Below are positions 17,637-28,016 of a DNA stretch of 32,049 nucleotides, piece by piece; position 1 is the stretch's first letter, and each line of letters begins with the position of its first letter. Source of the stretch: Candidatus Velthaea sp. (lineage in GTDB: Bacteria > Vulcanimicrobiota > Vulcanimicrobiia > Vulcanimicrobiales > Vulcanimicrobiaceae); contig JBEKHC010000060.1 of assembly GCA_050012475.1 (NCBI GenBank), positions 1-32,049 on the forward strand, read 5' to 3'. Made by a program: the position numbers and the translations under genes. The notes below the pieces were generated by a model that did no database searches, had not been told where the DNA came from, and saw nothing but the letters and a program-made list of their open reading frames with translations.

Positions 17637-19166
17637 TCAAGGTGTGCCGAACCAATCGGAGAGCGCTTTTCGCAGCGCGACAACGGCAGTTTCGGTCGGT
17701 TCGTCGCTGGTTGCGGCCCAGGCGATGTGCGCGTCGGGACGGATCAGAAGAGCGTCGGCGGGTCGATCTTCGGTTTCCGCGGAGTGGATGTCGATGCGCT
17801 GCAGCCAGTCTCGCGCGGTCGTGCGCAGGTCTGTGCGGTCAGCGAGGTCGAGCAGGATAGGCCGCGCCGTGCGCGTGAGTTCCGCGACGCTGGTTGTACC
17901 CCGTTCAATGTTTAGGGTGAGATCGGGTGTGAAGGCGCCGGTCAACGCGTGTTGGTTCGGATTCGGGAGCGGATAACGGATGTCGGTGCCGGCGATGAGG
18001 GCTCCGAGGCGGCGCAGCGGCTGCTCATCGACCAACAGTTCCTGAACGACTTCCCGCAAGGCTCGCGCGGCTTGGTCTCGCCCGCGGCGCAGCGCGAGCT
18101 GGGCTTGAGTTTGAAGCATTGCGCGCGCGCCGGCAAAATGTCGCTCGTCGTGATACGTATCCAGCAGGCCGGCCGGCGCCCACCCGTGGATGTCGGCCGC
18201 CACCTTCCACGCAAGGTTGACCGCGTCGAGCATGCCGACGCCCAGCCCGATTCCGGTGGCGGGAAACTGATGAGCCGCATCGCCGGCCAGCAGGATCCGC
18301 TTGTCGCGGTAACGTTCAGCTTGCCGCGCGTGCAGTCGGTAGCGCGTCAGCCGAGTCGCGTCTCCTACCGGGAGCGGCGCCCCGAGCACCCGGCGGATGC
18401 TGTCTTGGAACTCGACAAGGGTCAACGGTGCGTCATCGTCGACGTCGATGCGTTCGTCTTCGGTGGTTTGGATGCCCAGAACCCCGGGCTTGAGATTGTT
18501 CGGAGCAAACGCAAAAACGCCGCGTTCGGTCGGCGTGAAACCGGGATGGATTCGACCCACCCCGGGGACGTCGAGGTCACCGTTGTCGAGCTGGATCGTC
18601 GAATCGATCAGCGTGACCTGGGCGAGGCGGTTGACCTCGGGACAGGCCGCGCCGGGGAACGGGATGCCGGCGAGGTCGCGGACCTTGCTGCGCGGGCCGT
18701 CACAGCCGACCACGTATCGGGCCGTCATCCGGGAGCAGCCGTCGGGGCCGTCCACATCGGCGGTTATCCCAGCGTCGTCCTGGCCCAATCCAACGAGTTC
18801 GTGCCCGCGGCGAATGTCGCCGCCGAGTTCGCGAGCGCGTTCGTCGAGCAGGCGCTCGAGTAGCGGTTGCGGGAGGGGCATTCCCATCGGCGGATCTGCC
18901 AGGCCGGTGAAGTGCAGATACACATTGCCGAACGGGTATCCGGAAGCCGAGTGGCCCGACCCGGGACTGGCTGCTTCGAGGCGTTCGAGCAGGCCGCGGA
19001 ACTGCAGCAGCTGCAGGATCTGCCCGACGAGAGCGTTGGATTTCCCGATGTCGCCGAATTGCGGCCGCCGATCCAAGACCACCGTTCGCACTCCAGCCAG
19101 GCGCAGTTCACTAGCCAACATCAGGCCGGTCGGTCCGGCTCCCACAACGATCACGTCGGCGTTCAT
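17637..19166 (-). CDS. FAD-dependent monooxygenase (PheA/TfdB/FAD_binding_3 family), rifampicin-monooxygenase-like
   Basis: GAGPTGLMLA, VVGCDGPRS, RILLAGDAAH, DAVNLAWK, LLIRPD.HIAW; AGGAG RBS; RAE-like palindrome upstream. Confidence 0.9.
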   Translation of the reverse strand: MNADVIVVGAGPTGLMLASELRLAGVRTVVLDRRPQFGDIGKSNALVGQILQLLQFRGLLERLEAASPGSGHSASGYPFGNVYLHFTGLADPPMGMPLPQPLLERLLDERARELGGDIRRGHELVGLGQDDAGITADVDGPDGCSRMTARYVVGCDGPRSKVRDLAGIPFPGAACPEVNRLAQVTLIDSTIQLDNGDLDVPGVGRIHPGFTPTERGVFAFAPNNLKPGVLGIQTTEDERIDVDDDAPLTLVEFQDSIRRVLGAPLPVGDATRLTRYRLHARQAERYRDKRILLAGDAAHQFPATGIGLGVGMLDAVNLAWKVAADIHGWAPAGLLDTYHDERHFAGARAMLQTQAQLALRRGRDQAARALREVVQELLVDEQPLRRLGALIAGTDIRYPLPNPNQHALTGAFTPDLTLNIERGTTSVAELTRTARPILLDLADRTDLRTTARDWLQRIDIHSAETEDRPADALLIRPDAHIAWAATSDEPTETAVVALRKALSDWFGTP

Positions 19167-19243
19167 TGCTTGTCAATCTCCTCGCGGTTTCTCGGCGCGG
19201 CGTCATGCACCGATCGATATCCGGCGATTATGCGCTATGACCC

Positions 19244-19262
19244 GGGGCTTGCCGCAAGCCCC
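19244..19262. promoter_or_regulatory. RAE-like (rifamycin-associated element) 19-bp palindrome GGGGCTTGC-C-GCAAGCCCC
   Basis: Perfect 9-1-9 inverted repeat 78 bp upstream of the monooxygenase; the GCTTGCGGCAAG core matches the recalled actinobacterial RAE; CATAAT lies 19 bp after TTGCGG on the gene strand. Confidence 0.75.
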
Positions 19263-19364
19263 CCTGCGTGCTTTAATCTAAAGTGGGAAGCGTCGGTAAA
19301 CCGATTTTTGGCGCGTCGATTCCGCAGGGTTATTTATCCACCGCGACCCCGGGGTCGGATACCG

Positions 19365-20189
19365 TCATCGAGCGAGCGCGTCAACGAACGCTTCGTGCGC
19401 GCGCTTGTTTACAACGCAAAGATGCGTGTAGTGCGCTGCACGGCCGGCGTCCATCGGCGTCGGCATTTCGATGGCGTTCGCTGAATCGGAATTGTCATCG
19501 GCGCGCTTAGCGACCCGTTCGATCGTCGCGATCCATGCCGGTGCGCCGTCTTGGCCGTGAAAGTTCGTCTGGATCCGGTCCGGTTGGATGGCGATGACCT
19601 TCCATCCATTGCCGGGGTTGAACGCCGCTCTAAGTTCTTCTTGACTGACGGGGTGCGGACCGGTTCCGGGTCCATCGTCACTGAAGCACAACACATACAG
19701 TGTTGCGTCGTGTTCGGTCACCGACGCTAGGCTTGCGAGGTATCTCGGTCGCTCGTCGCCGTCGAAGCTATGGAATAGTCCGCAGTCCAGCACCGTCTGA
19801 AACGTGCGTCCCAAATGCTCCAACTCAAATGCATCACCGGCAACAAACTCAACCGCGAGCCGACGTTCGACGGCTTTCTTGCGGGCGATCGCCAGCGCCG
19901 TTTCAGCGACGTCGACGCCCCGAACCGGCAATCCCAGCGAGGCGACGTGAAGAGCGTTTTCACCGGTCCCGCAGCCCGCATCGAGCACCGCTCCGACGAA
20001 TCCGCCTTGGGATGCCACGCGCACGATTGCCGGCTGCGGCCGGCCGATGTCCCAGGGCGCCGGGCCGTCGCGATACGACGCATCCCAGGGCTGACCCGAC
20101 ATACGTTCGTGACTCGTGGGCCGCCGGCCAATGAGCGTATCGCCAGGTAAGCGTCCTAATTCTTCTGACAACTGCGTCTCTTCACGCAA
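19365..20189 (-). CDS. Class I SAM-dependent methyltransferase
   Basis: APWDIGRPQP, VLDAGCGTGE (motif I), GVDVA, GDA, VLDCGLFH; start uncertain and C-terminus probably extended by readthrough. Confidence 0.88.
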   Translation of the reverse strand: MREETQLSEELGRLPGDTLIGRRPTSHERMSGQPWDASYRDGPAPWDIGRPQPAIVRVASQGGFVGAVLDAGCGTGENALHVASLGLPVRGVDVAETALAIARKKAVERRLAVEFVAGDAFELEHLGRTFQTVLDCGLFHSFDGDERPRYLASLASVTEHDATLYVLCFSDDGPGTGPHPVSQEELRAAFNPGNGWKVIAIQPDRIQTNFHGQDGAPAWIATIERVAKRADDNSDSANAIEMPTPMDAGRAAHYTHLCVVNKRAHEAFVDALAR

Positions 20190-20236
20190 TAGAAGGATTT
20201 GTGAGCGCTACCGAAATCGTTATCGGAGGACGGCCG

Positions 20237-20743
20237 TCAGTCTTTGGCTGCGTCAGACGACATTTGATTCGTCACGGGTCCCATCGCGCTCTGAAGGTAA
20301 TTTTGGAGCCCGAGTTGCTGTACGAGATCAAGTTGACGCTCGAGAAAGTCGACGTGCTCCTCCGAGTCGACCAGGATGCGCGTTGCGATATCTCGGCTGG
20401 CGTAGTCCGTCTCTCGTTCGAAGAGCGTAATCGCCGCTACCGTATCATTGCGCGCGATCATCTCCAAGGCGAGATCGTTCTGCAGCACGTCGGCCGCGTT
20501 CTGCCCGATCGTTAATTTGCCGAGATGTTGAAGATTCGGCGATCCGTCAAGAAAAAGGATCCGCTCGATAAGCCAGTCGGCGTGACGCATTTCGCCGACG
20601 GACTCTTTGAAGATGATGTCTCCCAAGTCATGGAGACCCCAATGCCGAAGCATCCGTGCGTGTAAGAAGTACTGATCGATTGCGGTCAACTCGTTCAGGA
20701 GCATTTTGTTGAGCGCGTCGATTGCGTCGCGACTGCCTTGCAT
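20237..20743 (-). CDS. bfr: Bacterioferritin
   Basis: MQG..., E18, QYFLH, EMRH (E51/M52/H54), ERILFLDG.PN, E94, H130, QNYLQ. Confidence 0.95.
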   Translation of the reverse strand: MQGSRDAIDALNKMLLNELTAIDQYFLHARMLRHWGLHDLGDIIFKESVGEMRHADWLIERILFLDGSPNLQHLGKLTIGQNAADVLQNDLALEMIARNDTVAAITLFERETDYASRDIATRILVDSEEHVDFLERQLDLVQQLGLQNYLQSAMGPVTNQMSSDAAKD

Positions 20744-20925
20744 CCGGTCAACTATACCGCCGGCGCAGGGCTTTCCTCGCGGGCCGGTCCCCGATATGGC
20801 GCCCAACGGTTAGCGTTCGGGAGCGCCGGCACACCTGACGCTCCCTCGCTTACGAGCAACACCGGCTGCTCTGGGGCGATGCGCTCCTGCCCAGGAGCGT
20901 CGCAGCACGGGCCCGCATCGCGCGG

Positions 20926-21245
20926 TTAATTGTCGTGGTAGCGATACTTTTGCCATCACGCGCCGGCCCGCTTTTGCCTTGATCGCGGGAACGGTTGTAT
21001 CCACGCTAAGCCCGTAGAGATAACCGCTGCCGTCGAGCACGAAGAGCCAGAGCCCGTCGGCGCTGGGTGCCATGCGCAAGTTGTCGACCGTCGTGAGCAA
21101 CGGCGCGCCGCCGCCCAAGACGGTTCCCCGTGGTGGCGTCAACGGCCCATAATGCGCCGCCGGGAACGCCGGGGGTTCCGCACCCGCCGGTTCCATTGGG
21201 CGTGCACGGCGTGCCCATGAAAACGACGCCGCCGGCCGGTGCGCC
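20926..21245 (-). pseudogene. Frameshifted C-terminal remnant of a PQQ-like beta-propeller protein
   Basis: AGGVVFMGTPC...GGALWAVDATTG in one frame continues as TVLGGG.PLL...MAPSADG.WLFVLDGSGYLYGL after a 1-nt shift near 21125; no N-terminus. Confidence 0.55.
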
Positions 21246-21434
21246 TGATAGACGGTGCGCCGCTTAACGTCGAGCGTGAACGACCGACGGGTGAAAGCAT
21301 CGGACGCGCGGCGGAGTGCTCGAAGATGTACCTTCGGTCCACCATTTGCCATGTAATCCAGCCGGAGCCGTTCCGAATTGTGCGACTCGTCAACGATCAT
21401 GCCGGCCGTGGCCGTGCCCCAGCATCCGTCGTCG

Positions 21435-22466
21435 TCAGTGACCCGTCAGAGCATCTTGCGTCAGTATGACCTTGCCGCTTTCGACGTCGCTGACGCGAAT
21501 CGCGGGGTAACCAACCGACGAGTTCTCACTTGCAGCCCATGCGTCGGCGGTTAGATCGCGCAGCATCGTCGCGCCCGCCGCGAGCCGCGTAATGACGAAT
21601 GCGGCGGCCTGGGGCGATGCGGCATCGATGGCGCCGGCCGCTTCGAGCTGGTAAATGCGCGGTACTCCGGCAAGCGATGCACGCAAATAAGCGGCGATGC
21701 GGGCCGGAACCGGTGTCGTCGACGGCACGTAGTCGCCGACAGCAGCTGCGACGCGTTCGTCGGTAGCGACCGCGTCGACCAGCGTCGTCTCGAAGCGCGC
21801 GTGGATCGTAGGCGAATTCGAATAGCCGTTTGGATTGGGATAGTTGCCCCAGCCGTTATAGTGCACGCTGATATGCAGCGGTTGCGAAGCGTCGCCGACG
21901 AAATGACTCCAATAGCCGATGTCGCGCAGGGTCAAGGTTTCACGCAGCAGCCGATCCGCATGAAAGAATTCCTTGCCGGCTGCGGTTGCTGCGCTGCGTT
22001 CGCCGACGCTGTCGACGCGCCAGTAGGCGAAGTCCGTCACGACCTGTTCGTAGCCGTCTAGGATTTGGTAAGGCAAATAACCGACGCGGTATTGGTCGGT
22101 TCCCGCCGAGCGCAGCAGCGTGTCGTACGCCTCGCGCGTCGGCGGCAATGCATCGAGCGAGACGACAGCCGCGACCATGCCGTCATCGCCGATGTCGACG
22201 AAATGACCGTGGTCTTCGTCGGCGTCCCATGATTCGCCCGAGCCTTTGAGGCGGTCCGCCTCGGGTCCCAGTGCGCCGATCTCGGCAACGGCGGCGGCGC
22301 TGCGAACGAAGGCCGGCACCGACGCGGGAAGTTTCTCGGCCGCAACATGACTAACGAGGCGATGTCCGAGCGCTCCCCAAGCGCTTGCCGGTTCGGTGGC
22401 CGCAACGACGACGCCCGCGGCCAGCAGCATCATTCGACCGAACACGTTGATCGGTGAGTCTTGCAT
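21435..22466 (-). CDS. Secreted S1/P1 nuclease-family (phospholipase C/P1) zinc enzyme
   Basis: Signal peptide ending ASA followed by mature WGALGH, EAD, HFVD, HFVGDASQPLH, IHARFE. Confidence 0.85.
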   Translation of the reverse strand: MQDSPINVFGRMMLLAAGVVVAATEPASAWGALGHRLVSHVAAEKLPASVPAFVRSAAAVAEIGALGPEADRLKGSGESWDADEDHGHFVDIGDDGMVAAVVSLDALPPTREAYDTLLRSAGTDQYRVGYLPYQILDGYEQVVTDFAYWRVDSVGERSAATAAGKEFFHADRLLRETLTLRDIGYWSHFVGDASQPLHISVHYNGWGNYPNPNGYSNSPTIHARFETTLVDAVATDERVAAAVGDYVPSTTPVPARIAAYLRASLAGVPRIYQLEAAGAIDAASPQAAAFVITRLAAGATMLRDLTADAWAASENSSVGYPAIRVSDVESGKVILTQDALTGH

Positions 22467-22732
22467 CGTACGAGGGAGCTTTCACGCCCACTCGGCCGAG
22501 TCATGCGGTCTCGACGAAGGCGCCCGTGTACTCGCCGGCTCCGTGCAGACATCCGAAGACTGACGCTGCGTCGGCGCCGGCGCTCTTTTGAACAAGTGCG
22601 GACCTTGGCACAACGCGTGTCGCAGAGTTTATCACGGGTGAGCACGAGCGGCGCGCACGTGCGCAGCGAGCCGATCGGACGTCACCCCGCGCTCTGCGCC
22701 ATACGCGGTCGAAAGAGCGCGGTCGCGATCGC

Positions 22733-23347
22733 CTACCACGCGCAAGACCAGGGCGGACCCGGGTGGTCGTCGTCCCGCAAGCTCGCGTCGACGCCGTGAC
22801 GTGCTTCGATCACGCGCGCGCACAGCCACAGAACGTCGCTCAAGCGGTTGAGATACTCCAGCACCGTTGGCTGCACGATCCCGCCGTTGGCCACATAGCG
22901 CACGTTCGCGCGTTCGGCACGGCGGCATATTGACCGCGCGACATCGAACGGCGCCGACTCCTCGAACTCGCCCGGGATCGACCAGTCACGCAGCACGTCG
23001 GGCTCCCCCTCGAAGCGCTCGACCAGCTCGTCAAGCCGCAGGACCATGGCTTTTGAAATCTCCGGGACCGGCTTTGTTGCTTCCGGCCGGGTCGAAACGG
23101 CCGAGCCGACCACGAACAGGTCCCGCTGGATCGAGCGAATTTCGCGGCAGATCTCGGGATCGTTGCAGCGCGACCGCGCAAGCCCGATGACGGTATTGAG
23201 TTCGTCGATGGCGCCGTACGCTTCCACGCGCGCGTCGGCCTTTGAGATTTGCTCGCCGCCGCCGAGGCGCGTTACCCCCGCATCGCCTTTGCGCGTCGAT
23301 ACCGACGCCTGCCGACGGGGTTCCCGAGTGTTGTCGTTCATGTGCAT
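22733..23347 (-). CDS. pduO: ATP:cob(I)alamin adenosyltransferase, PduO/MMAB type
   Basis: TRKGDAG.T, RVEAYGAIDELN, ARSICRRAER, YLNRLSD.L; start at 23347 or 23341 (the longer ORF N-terminus is not credible). Confidence 0.92.
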   Translation of the reverse strand: MHMNDNTREPRRQASVSTRKGDAGVTRLGGGEQISKADARVEAYGAIDELNTVIGLARSRCNDPEICREIRSIQRDLFVVGSAVSTRPEATKPVPEISKAMVLRLDELVERFEGEPDVLRDWSIPGEFEESAPFDVARSICRRAERANVRYVANGGIVQPTVLEYLNRLSDVLWLCARVIEARHGVDASLRDDDHPGPPWSCAW

Positions 23348-23910
23348 ATCATCCGTTCGGGCGTGTCGTTCAAGGATTCGGCGGGAATCTCCGCGCCGAT
23401 GGCCACGCCGGCCGCGCGTAACATCACTCCTATCCGTGCGATGTCGACGTGATTCGGGCGCAAGACTGCCTCGTTTCCTCGTTCGATCGCAGAGCCGGAA
23501 CCGAAGAGGGTGTGCTTGCGAAGTGCGACCGCATCGGAAGATCACGATCGCGCTTTCGGTTGTAGCCGGGGTGCGAGGAAATCCGGGCTCGATGAAACGG
23601 TGCGCTCCGCTAAATCCATCGGATGAGTTTTTCTGACGAAGGGCGGCTGGTGATTGGCACGCTCTTCGGCGGAGAAGCACTCAAGCTCGTGGACAAGGTC
23701 CCGCCGCTCTGGAAGGACACGACGTGAGCGATTCCGCCGGGGGGCTGGCCGAGTCGTCTGACCGACGGGCGAACCCGGCATCGGCGGGACCGTAATATAC
23801 CACTTTCCCGTGCCGGCTGCCTCGCTAGACCGAAAACGAGGCCCCAATGGCGTCGCGCTGTGCGCGAAACCGGGTGCTCCGCCCAGCTTCGCAGAACTGG
23901 ACGCCCTACA

Positions 23911-25815
23911 ATGGAAACGCGCGGTCGATTAAACCTGATCGATGACTTTCCCGCTACTTCCACCGAGCAGTGGGAACAGCTCATCCTCGCGGATTTGCAT
24001 GGCGGGGACTACGAGAAGAAGCTGCTCTGGAAGAGCGATGAGAACATCGTCATCCGGCCGTACTATCGCGAAGACGACCTTCGCGGGCTGGAAGGCCATT
24101 TAAATAGTGCGCCCGGCGAGTTTCCGTTTATTCGCGGCTGGCGAAAAACCAACGGGTGGATCATCAGCCAAGGCATCGATGGCACCGCCCTCGCTGAGGC
24201 CAATGCGGACGCTCGCGATGCGTTAGCGCGCGGCGCTGAGGCCATCACCTTTCACATCACGCGCCAAGCCGGCAACGTCTGTGGCCCATACCCGCAAAGT
24301 TCCGTCGACCTTACAACCCTCACTGCGGGGATCGACGCCCCGATCCACTTCAGAGCGCGCGATCTCGCCTTTGAAATTCTCCGGCTGCTTCAGCAAGACG
24401 GACAGCGGACGGGCATCGTTCGCAAGGGATCCGTCGATGTCGACCCGCTGAACGACGTACTGTTGACCGGCCGTTCGTCCAAGACGGCAGACGAACTGAT
24501 GCACGCGGCGCATGATGCCGTAACGGCATCGGCTCAACTCGGCGGCTTGCGGACGTTGGCCGTCCGCGGCTGGCAGATTCAAGAGTCGGGCGGAACCATC
24601 GTCCAGGAGCTTGCCGCGGCGATCGCTGCGGCCGCCGAATATGCTGCGGCACTCACGGAGATGGGGCTGAGCATTGCCGAGATCGCCGCCGCGCTTCACT
24701 TCGATCTTGCCGTCAGCTCTAATTACTTTTTCGAGATCGCCAAGCTGCGGGCGCTGCGTCTGCTGTGGTCGCAAATAGCACGTCAGTTCGGCGCCGCGGC
24801 CGAAGCCGATTCTCAAACGGTCAAGGCCTGCATCATCGCGACGAGTTCACGTTGGGATGCCACGATCTACGATCCGCACATCAACCTGCTGCGTGGGACC
24901 ACTAAGGCGATGTCGGCGGCACTGGGCGGCGCCGATGTGATCGAGATCTTGCCCTTCGACGTCGCAGCGCGCGCGTCCGATGACTTCAGCCGTCATCTCG
25001 CGCGCAACACGCAGATTCTGCTCAAGAAGGAATCGTATTTCGACCGCGTGGCCGATGCCGGCGCCGGTTCGTATTACCTCGAGTCGCTGACCGATTCGCT
25101 GGCCCGCGAAGCCTGGAAGCTCTTCCAAAAGATCGAGGAGCAGGGAGGGTATCTCAAGGCATTGCAGGCCGGATTCTTGCAAGCTGAGGTCAACGCAGCG
25201 CGCGCCCGCAAGGACAAAGGGATTAGCGGACGCTCCCGCACGCTTTTGGGCACCAACCAGTTCCCCAACGCTAAGGAAACGGCGCTCGAGCGGGTCGAGC
25301 CGCCCGCGACCGTCGGCCTCGTCGCCGAAGTCGCGTCCGCTCCGGGTATCACCGTCGTTCCGCTCACGCCGTACCGCGGCGCCGAGGGGTTCGAGAACGT
25401 GCGTCTGCGCACCGAGCGATTCGTCAGCGAGGGCGGACATCATCCGCGCTTCCTGTTGCTCGAATACGGTGATTCCAAGATGCGCAAGGCGCGGGTCGGA
25501 TTCAGCCAGAATTTCCTTGCCTGTGGCGGCTTTGACGTCGTCACCCGCGCCAGCCAAAGCGAACCGGCCGCAGCTGTCGCGGTGGTTCGCGAATCCGGCG
25601 CCGACGCCGTGGTTCTCTGCAGCTCGGATGACGAGTATTTACCGATGGCAAAGCCGCTGATCGAACAACTCGGGAGCAGCGTACCAGTGCTCGTGGCCGG
25701 AAGCCCGTCAACTGCGGAGCAGCTCAGGGCGGACGGCGTTACCGACTTCATCCATCTCGGCGTCAACGCACTGGACGTGTTGTCTGCCTGGCAAGAGCGG
25801 TTGGGGGTGCGATAG
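23911..25815 (+). CDS. mutA: Methylmalonyl-CoA mutase small (non-catalytic) subunit
   Basis: MCM-like fold ([41 protein letters not shown]) lacking the DxHxxG B12 motif; 2 bp before the large subunit. Confidence 0.9.
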   Translation: METRGRLNLIDDFPATSTEQWEQLILADLHGGDYEKKLLWKSDENIVIRPYYREDDLRGLEGHLNSAPGEFPFIRGWRKTNGWIISQGIDGTALAEANADARDALARGAEAITFHITRQAGNVCGPYPQSSVDLTTLTAGIDAPIHFRARDLAFEILRLLQQDGQRTGIVRKGSVDVDPLNDVLLTGRSSKTADELMHAAHDAVTASAQLGGLRTLAVRGWQIQESGGTIVQELAAAIAAAAEYAAALTEMGLSIAEIAAALHFDLAVSSNYFFEIAKLRALRLLWSQIARQFGAAAEADSQTVKACIIATSSRWDATIYDPHINLLRGTTKAMSAALGGADVIEILPFDVAARASDDFSRHLARNTQILLKKESYFDRVADAGAGSYYLESLTDSLAREAWKLFQKIEEQGGYLKALQAGFLQAEVNAARARKDKGISGRSRTLLGTNQFPNAKETALERVEPPATVGLVAEVASAPGITVVPLTPYRGAEGFENVRLRTERFVSEGGHHPRFLLLEYGDSKMRKARVGFSQNFLACGGFDVVTRASQSEPAAAVAVVRESGADAVVLCSSDDEYLPMAKPLIEQLGSSVPVLVAGSPSTAEQLRADGVTDFIHLGVNALDVLSAWQERLGVR

Positions 25816-25817
25816 TC

Positions 25818-27983
25818 ATGCGTCCGGATTTCACGAAGATCGGTTACGATGCGGGGCTCGGTCCCGCGCAACAAGCCCAGGCCGCCGCCGCGCCTGACAG
25901 TTGGACCACTGCCGAGCACATCGAGGTTCCTTCGTATCTCAGCCGGCACGTCATCGAAGGATACGCTCACCTCAACTACGCCGCCGGCATTCCGCCGTAT
26001 CTGCGCGGTCCGTACGCGACGATGTACACGCTGCGCCCGTGGACGATTCGCCAGTACGCGGGCTTCTCGACGGCCGAAGAGTCCAACGCGTTTTACCGGC
26101 GCAATCTGGCTGCCGGTCAAAAAGGTCTCTCCGTCGCCTTCGACCTGGCCACGCACCGTGGCTACGACTCCGATCACGAGCGCGTCACGGGCGACGTCGG
26201 CAAGGCGGGCGTGGCCATCGACTCCATTCTCGACATGAAGGTTCTGTTCGACCAGATTCCACTCGAGCAGATGTCCGTGTCGATGACCATGAACGGGGCG
26301 GTGCTGCCCGTGCTGGCGTTCTACATCGTTGCCGCCGAAGAGCAGGGGGTTCCGCTCCAAAAGCTCAGCGGCACCATTCAGAACGACGTGCTCAAAGAGT
26401 TCATGGTCCGCAACACGTACATCTATCCGCCCACGCCCTCGATGCGGATCATCGGCGACATTTTCCGGTATTGCTCGGAGAAGATGCCGAAGTTCAACTT
26501 CATCAGCGTCAGCGGCTATCATATGCAAGAGGCCGGGGCCACCGCCGACATCGAGCTGGCCTACACGCTCGCCGACGGCGTAGAGTATTTGCGCACTGGC
26601 GTCAAGGCCGGCCTCAGCGTGGACGACTTTGCGCCCCGCATCTCATTTTTCTGGGATATCGGCATGAACCACTTCATGGAGATTGCCAAAATGCGCGCCG
26701 CCCGCATGCTGTGGGCCAAGCTCGTCAACGGGTTCCAACCAAAGAGCGTAAAATCGCTGGCGCTGCGCACGCACTCGCAAACCTCCGGCTGGAGCCTGAC
26801 CGCCCAGGATCCGTTCAACAACGTGATGCGCACCTGCATCGAAGCCATGGCGGCTGCTCTGGGCCACACGCAGTCACTGCACACCAATGCCCTCGATGAA
26901 GCCATCGCGCTGCCGACCGACTTCTCCGCGCGCATCGCGCGCAACACACAGCTTTACATCCAGCAGGAGACGGATATCTGCCGCGTGGTCGATCCTTGGG
27001 CCGGGTCGTATTACGTGGAGTACCTGACGAAGAGTCTCGCGGATCGGGCCTGGAACCTCATCGGCGAGGTCGAGCAATTAGGCGGAATGACGAAAGCCAT
27101 CGAGACCGGCGTGCCGAAAATGCGGATCGAAGAAGCCGCGGCCCGCAAGCAGGCTCGCATTGATTCCGGCGTCGAGACCATCGTGGGCATCAACGCCTAT
27201 CGATTGGACCACGAAGCGCCGCTCGATGTGCTCGACATCGACAATACGGCGGTGCGCGAGTCGCAGATCGCGCGGCTCAAAAAGCTCCGCGCCGAACGCG
27301 ACAGCGAAGACGTGCGCCAGGCGCTCGACGCGCTCACCGCCTGCGCGGCCGGCGGCGACGGCAACCTCCTCGCGCTCGCCGTCGATGCTGCGCGCAAACG
27401 CGCATCGCTGGGAGAGATCTCGTCGGCCTTGGAAAAGGTATACGGACGGTATCAAGCGGTGATTCGATCGATCTCCGGCGTGTATGCGACGGAAAGCCAC
27501 GATGACTCGGAGTACCAGAAGGCCTGCCGAATGGTCGAGGAGTTCGCGGCCTTGGAAGGGCGCCGTCCGCGCATCATGATCGTCAAGATGGGCCAAGACG
27601 GCCACGACCGCGGGGCCAAGGTGGTCTCCACCGGCTTCGCCGACATCGGTTTCGATGTCGACATCGGCCCGCTGTTCCAAACGCCGGCCGAAGCCGCGCG
27701 GGCCGCCGTCGAGAACGACGTCCACTTCCTGGGCGTCTCTAGCCTCGCCGCCGGCCACAAAACCCTGGTCCCCAGCGTGATCGCGGAGCTCAAGAAATTG
27801 GGCCGCGAGGATATCCTCGTGTTCGTCGGCGGGGTCGTCCCCCCGCAGGACTATCAGTTCCTCTACGACGCCGGTGCGGTCGGAATCTTCGGTCCGGGGA
27901 CGTCGATCCCGGTCTGCGCTCAGCAAATCTTGCAGCTCCTTTTACACTCGTCGCAAGGAGCAGTTGCGGATGCACTCGTCTGA
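25818..27983 (+). CDS. mutB: Methylmalonyl-CoA mutase large (catalytic, B12-binding) subunit
   Basis: [11 protein letters not shown] (Tyr typical of methylmalonyl-CoA specificity), [26 protein letters not shown]. Confidence 0.97.
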   Translation: MRPDFTKIGYDAGLGPAQQAQAAAAPDSWTTAEHIEVPSYLSRHVIEGYAHLNYAAGIPPYLRGPYATMYTLRPWTIRQYAGFSTAEESNAFYRRNLAAGQKGLSVAFDLATHRGYDSDHERVTGDVGKAGVAIDSILDMKVLFDQIPLEQMSVSMTMNGAVLPVLAFYIVAAEEQGVPLQKLSGTIQNDVLKEFMVRNTYIYPPTPSMRIIGDIFRYCSEKMPKFNFISVSGYHMQEAGATADIELAYTLADGVEYLRTGVKAGLSVDDFAPRISFFWDIGMNHFMEIAKMRAARMLWAKLVNGFQPKSVKSLALRTHSQTSGWSLTAQDPFNNVMRTCIEAMAAALGHTQSLHTNALDEAIALPTDFSARIARNTQLYIQQETDICRVVDPWAGSYYVEYLTKSLADRAWNLIGEVEQLGGMTKAIETGVPKMRIEEAAARKQARIDSGVETIVGINAYRLDHEAPLDVLDIDNTAVRESQIARLKKLRAERDSEDVRQALDALTACAAGGDGNLLALAVDAARKRASLGEISSALEKVYGRYQAVIRSISGVYATESHDDSEYQKACRMVEEFAALEGRRPRIMIVKMGQDGHDRGAKVVSTGFADIGFDVDIGPLFQTPAEAARAAVENDVHFLGVSSLAAGHKTLVPSVIAELKKLGREDILVFVGGVVPPQDYQFLYDAGAVGIFGPGTSIPVCAQQILQLLLHSSQGAVADALV

Positions 27984-28016
27984 AGCATCGGTACGCGGTG
28001 GTGAAGTGATGACGAA

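Noticed and set aside
23350..23910. Cobalamin riboswitch expected between pduO and mutA
   Set aside because: No convincing GGGAA..CGGTG..AA.TCCG / GCCACTG / B12-box elements on either strand by eye; an Infernal/Rfam scan would be decisive
26490..26670. Odd residues in MutB (FNFIS and FFWDIG versus the usual FNSIS and FFW(A/G)IG) as signs of altered specificity
   Set aside because: The specificity Tyr (RQYAGF) and the B12 motif are canonical; cannot be interpreted without an alignment
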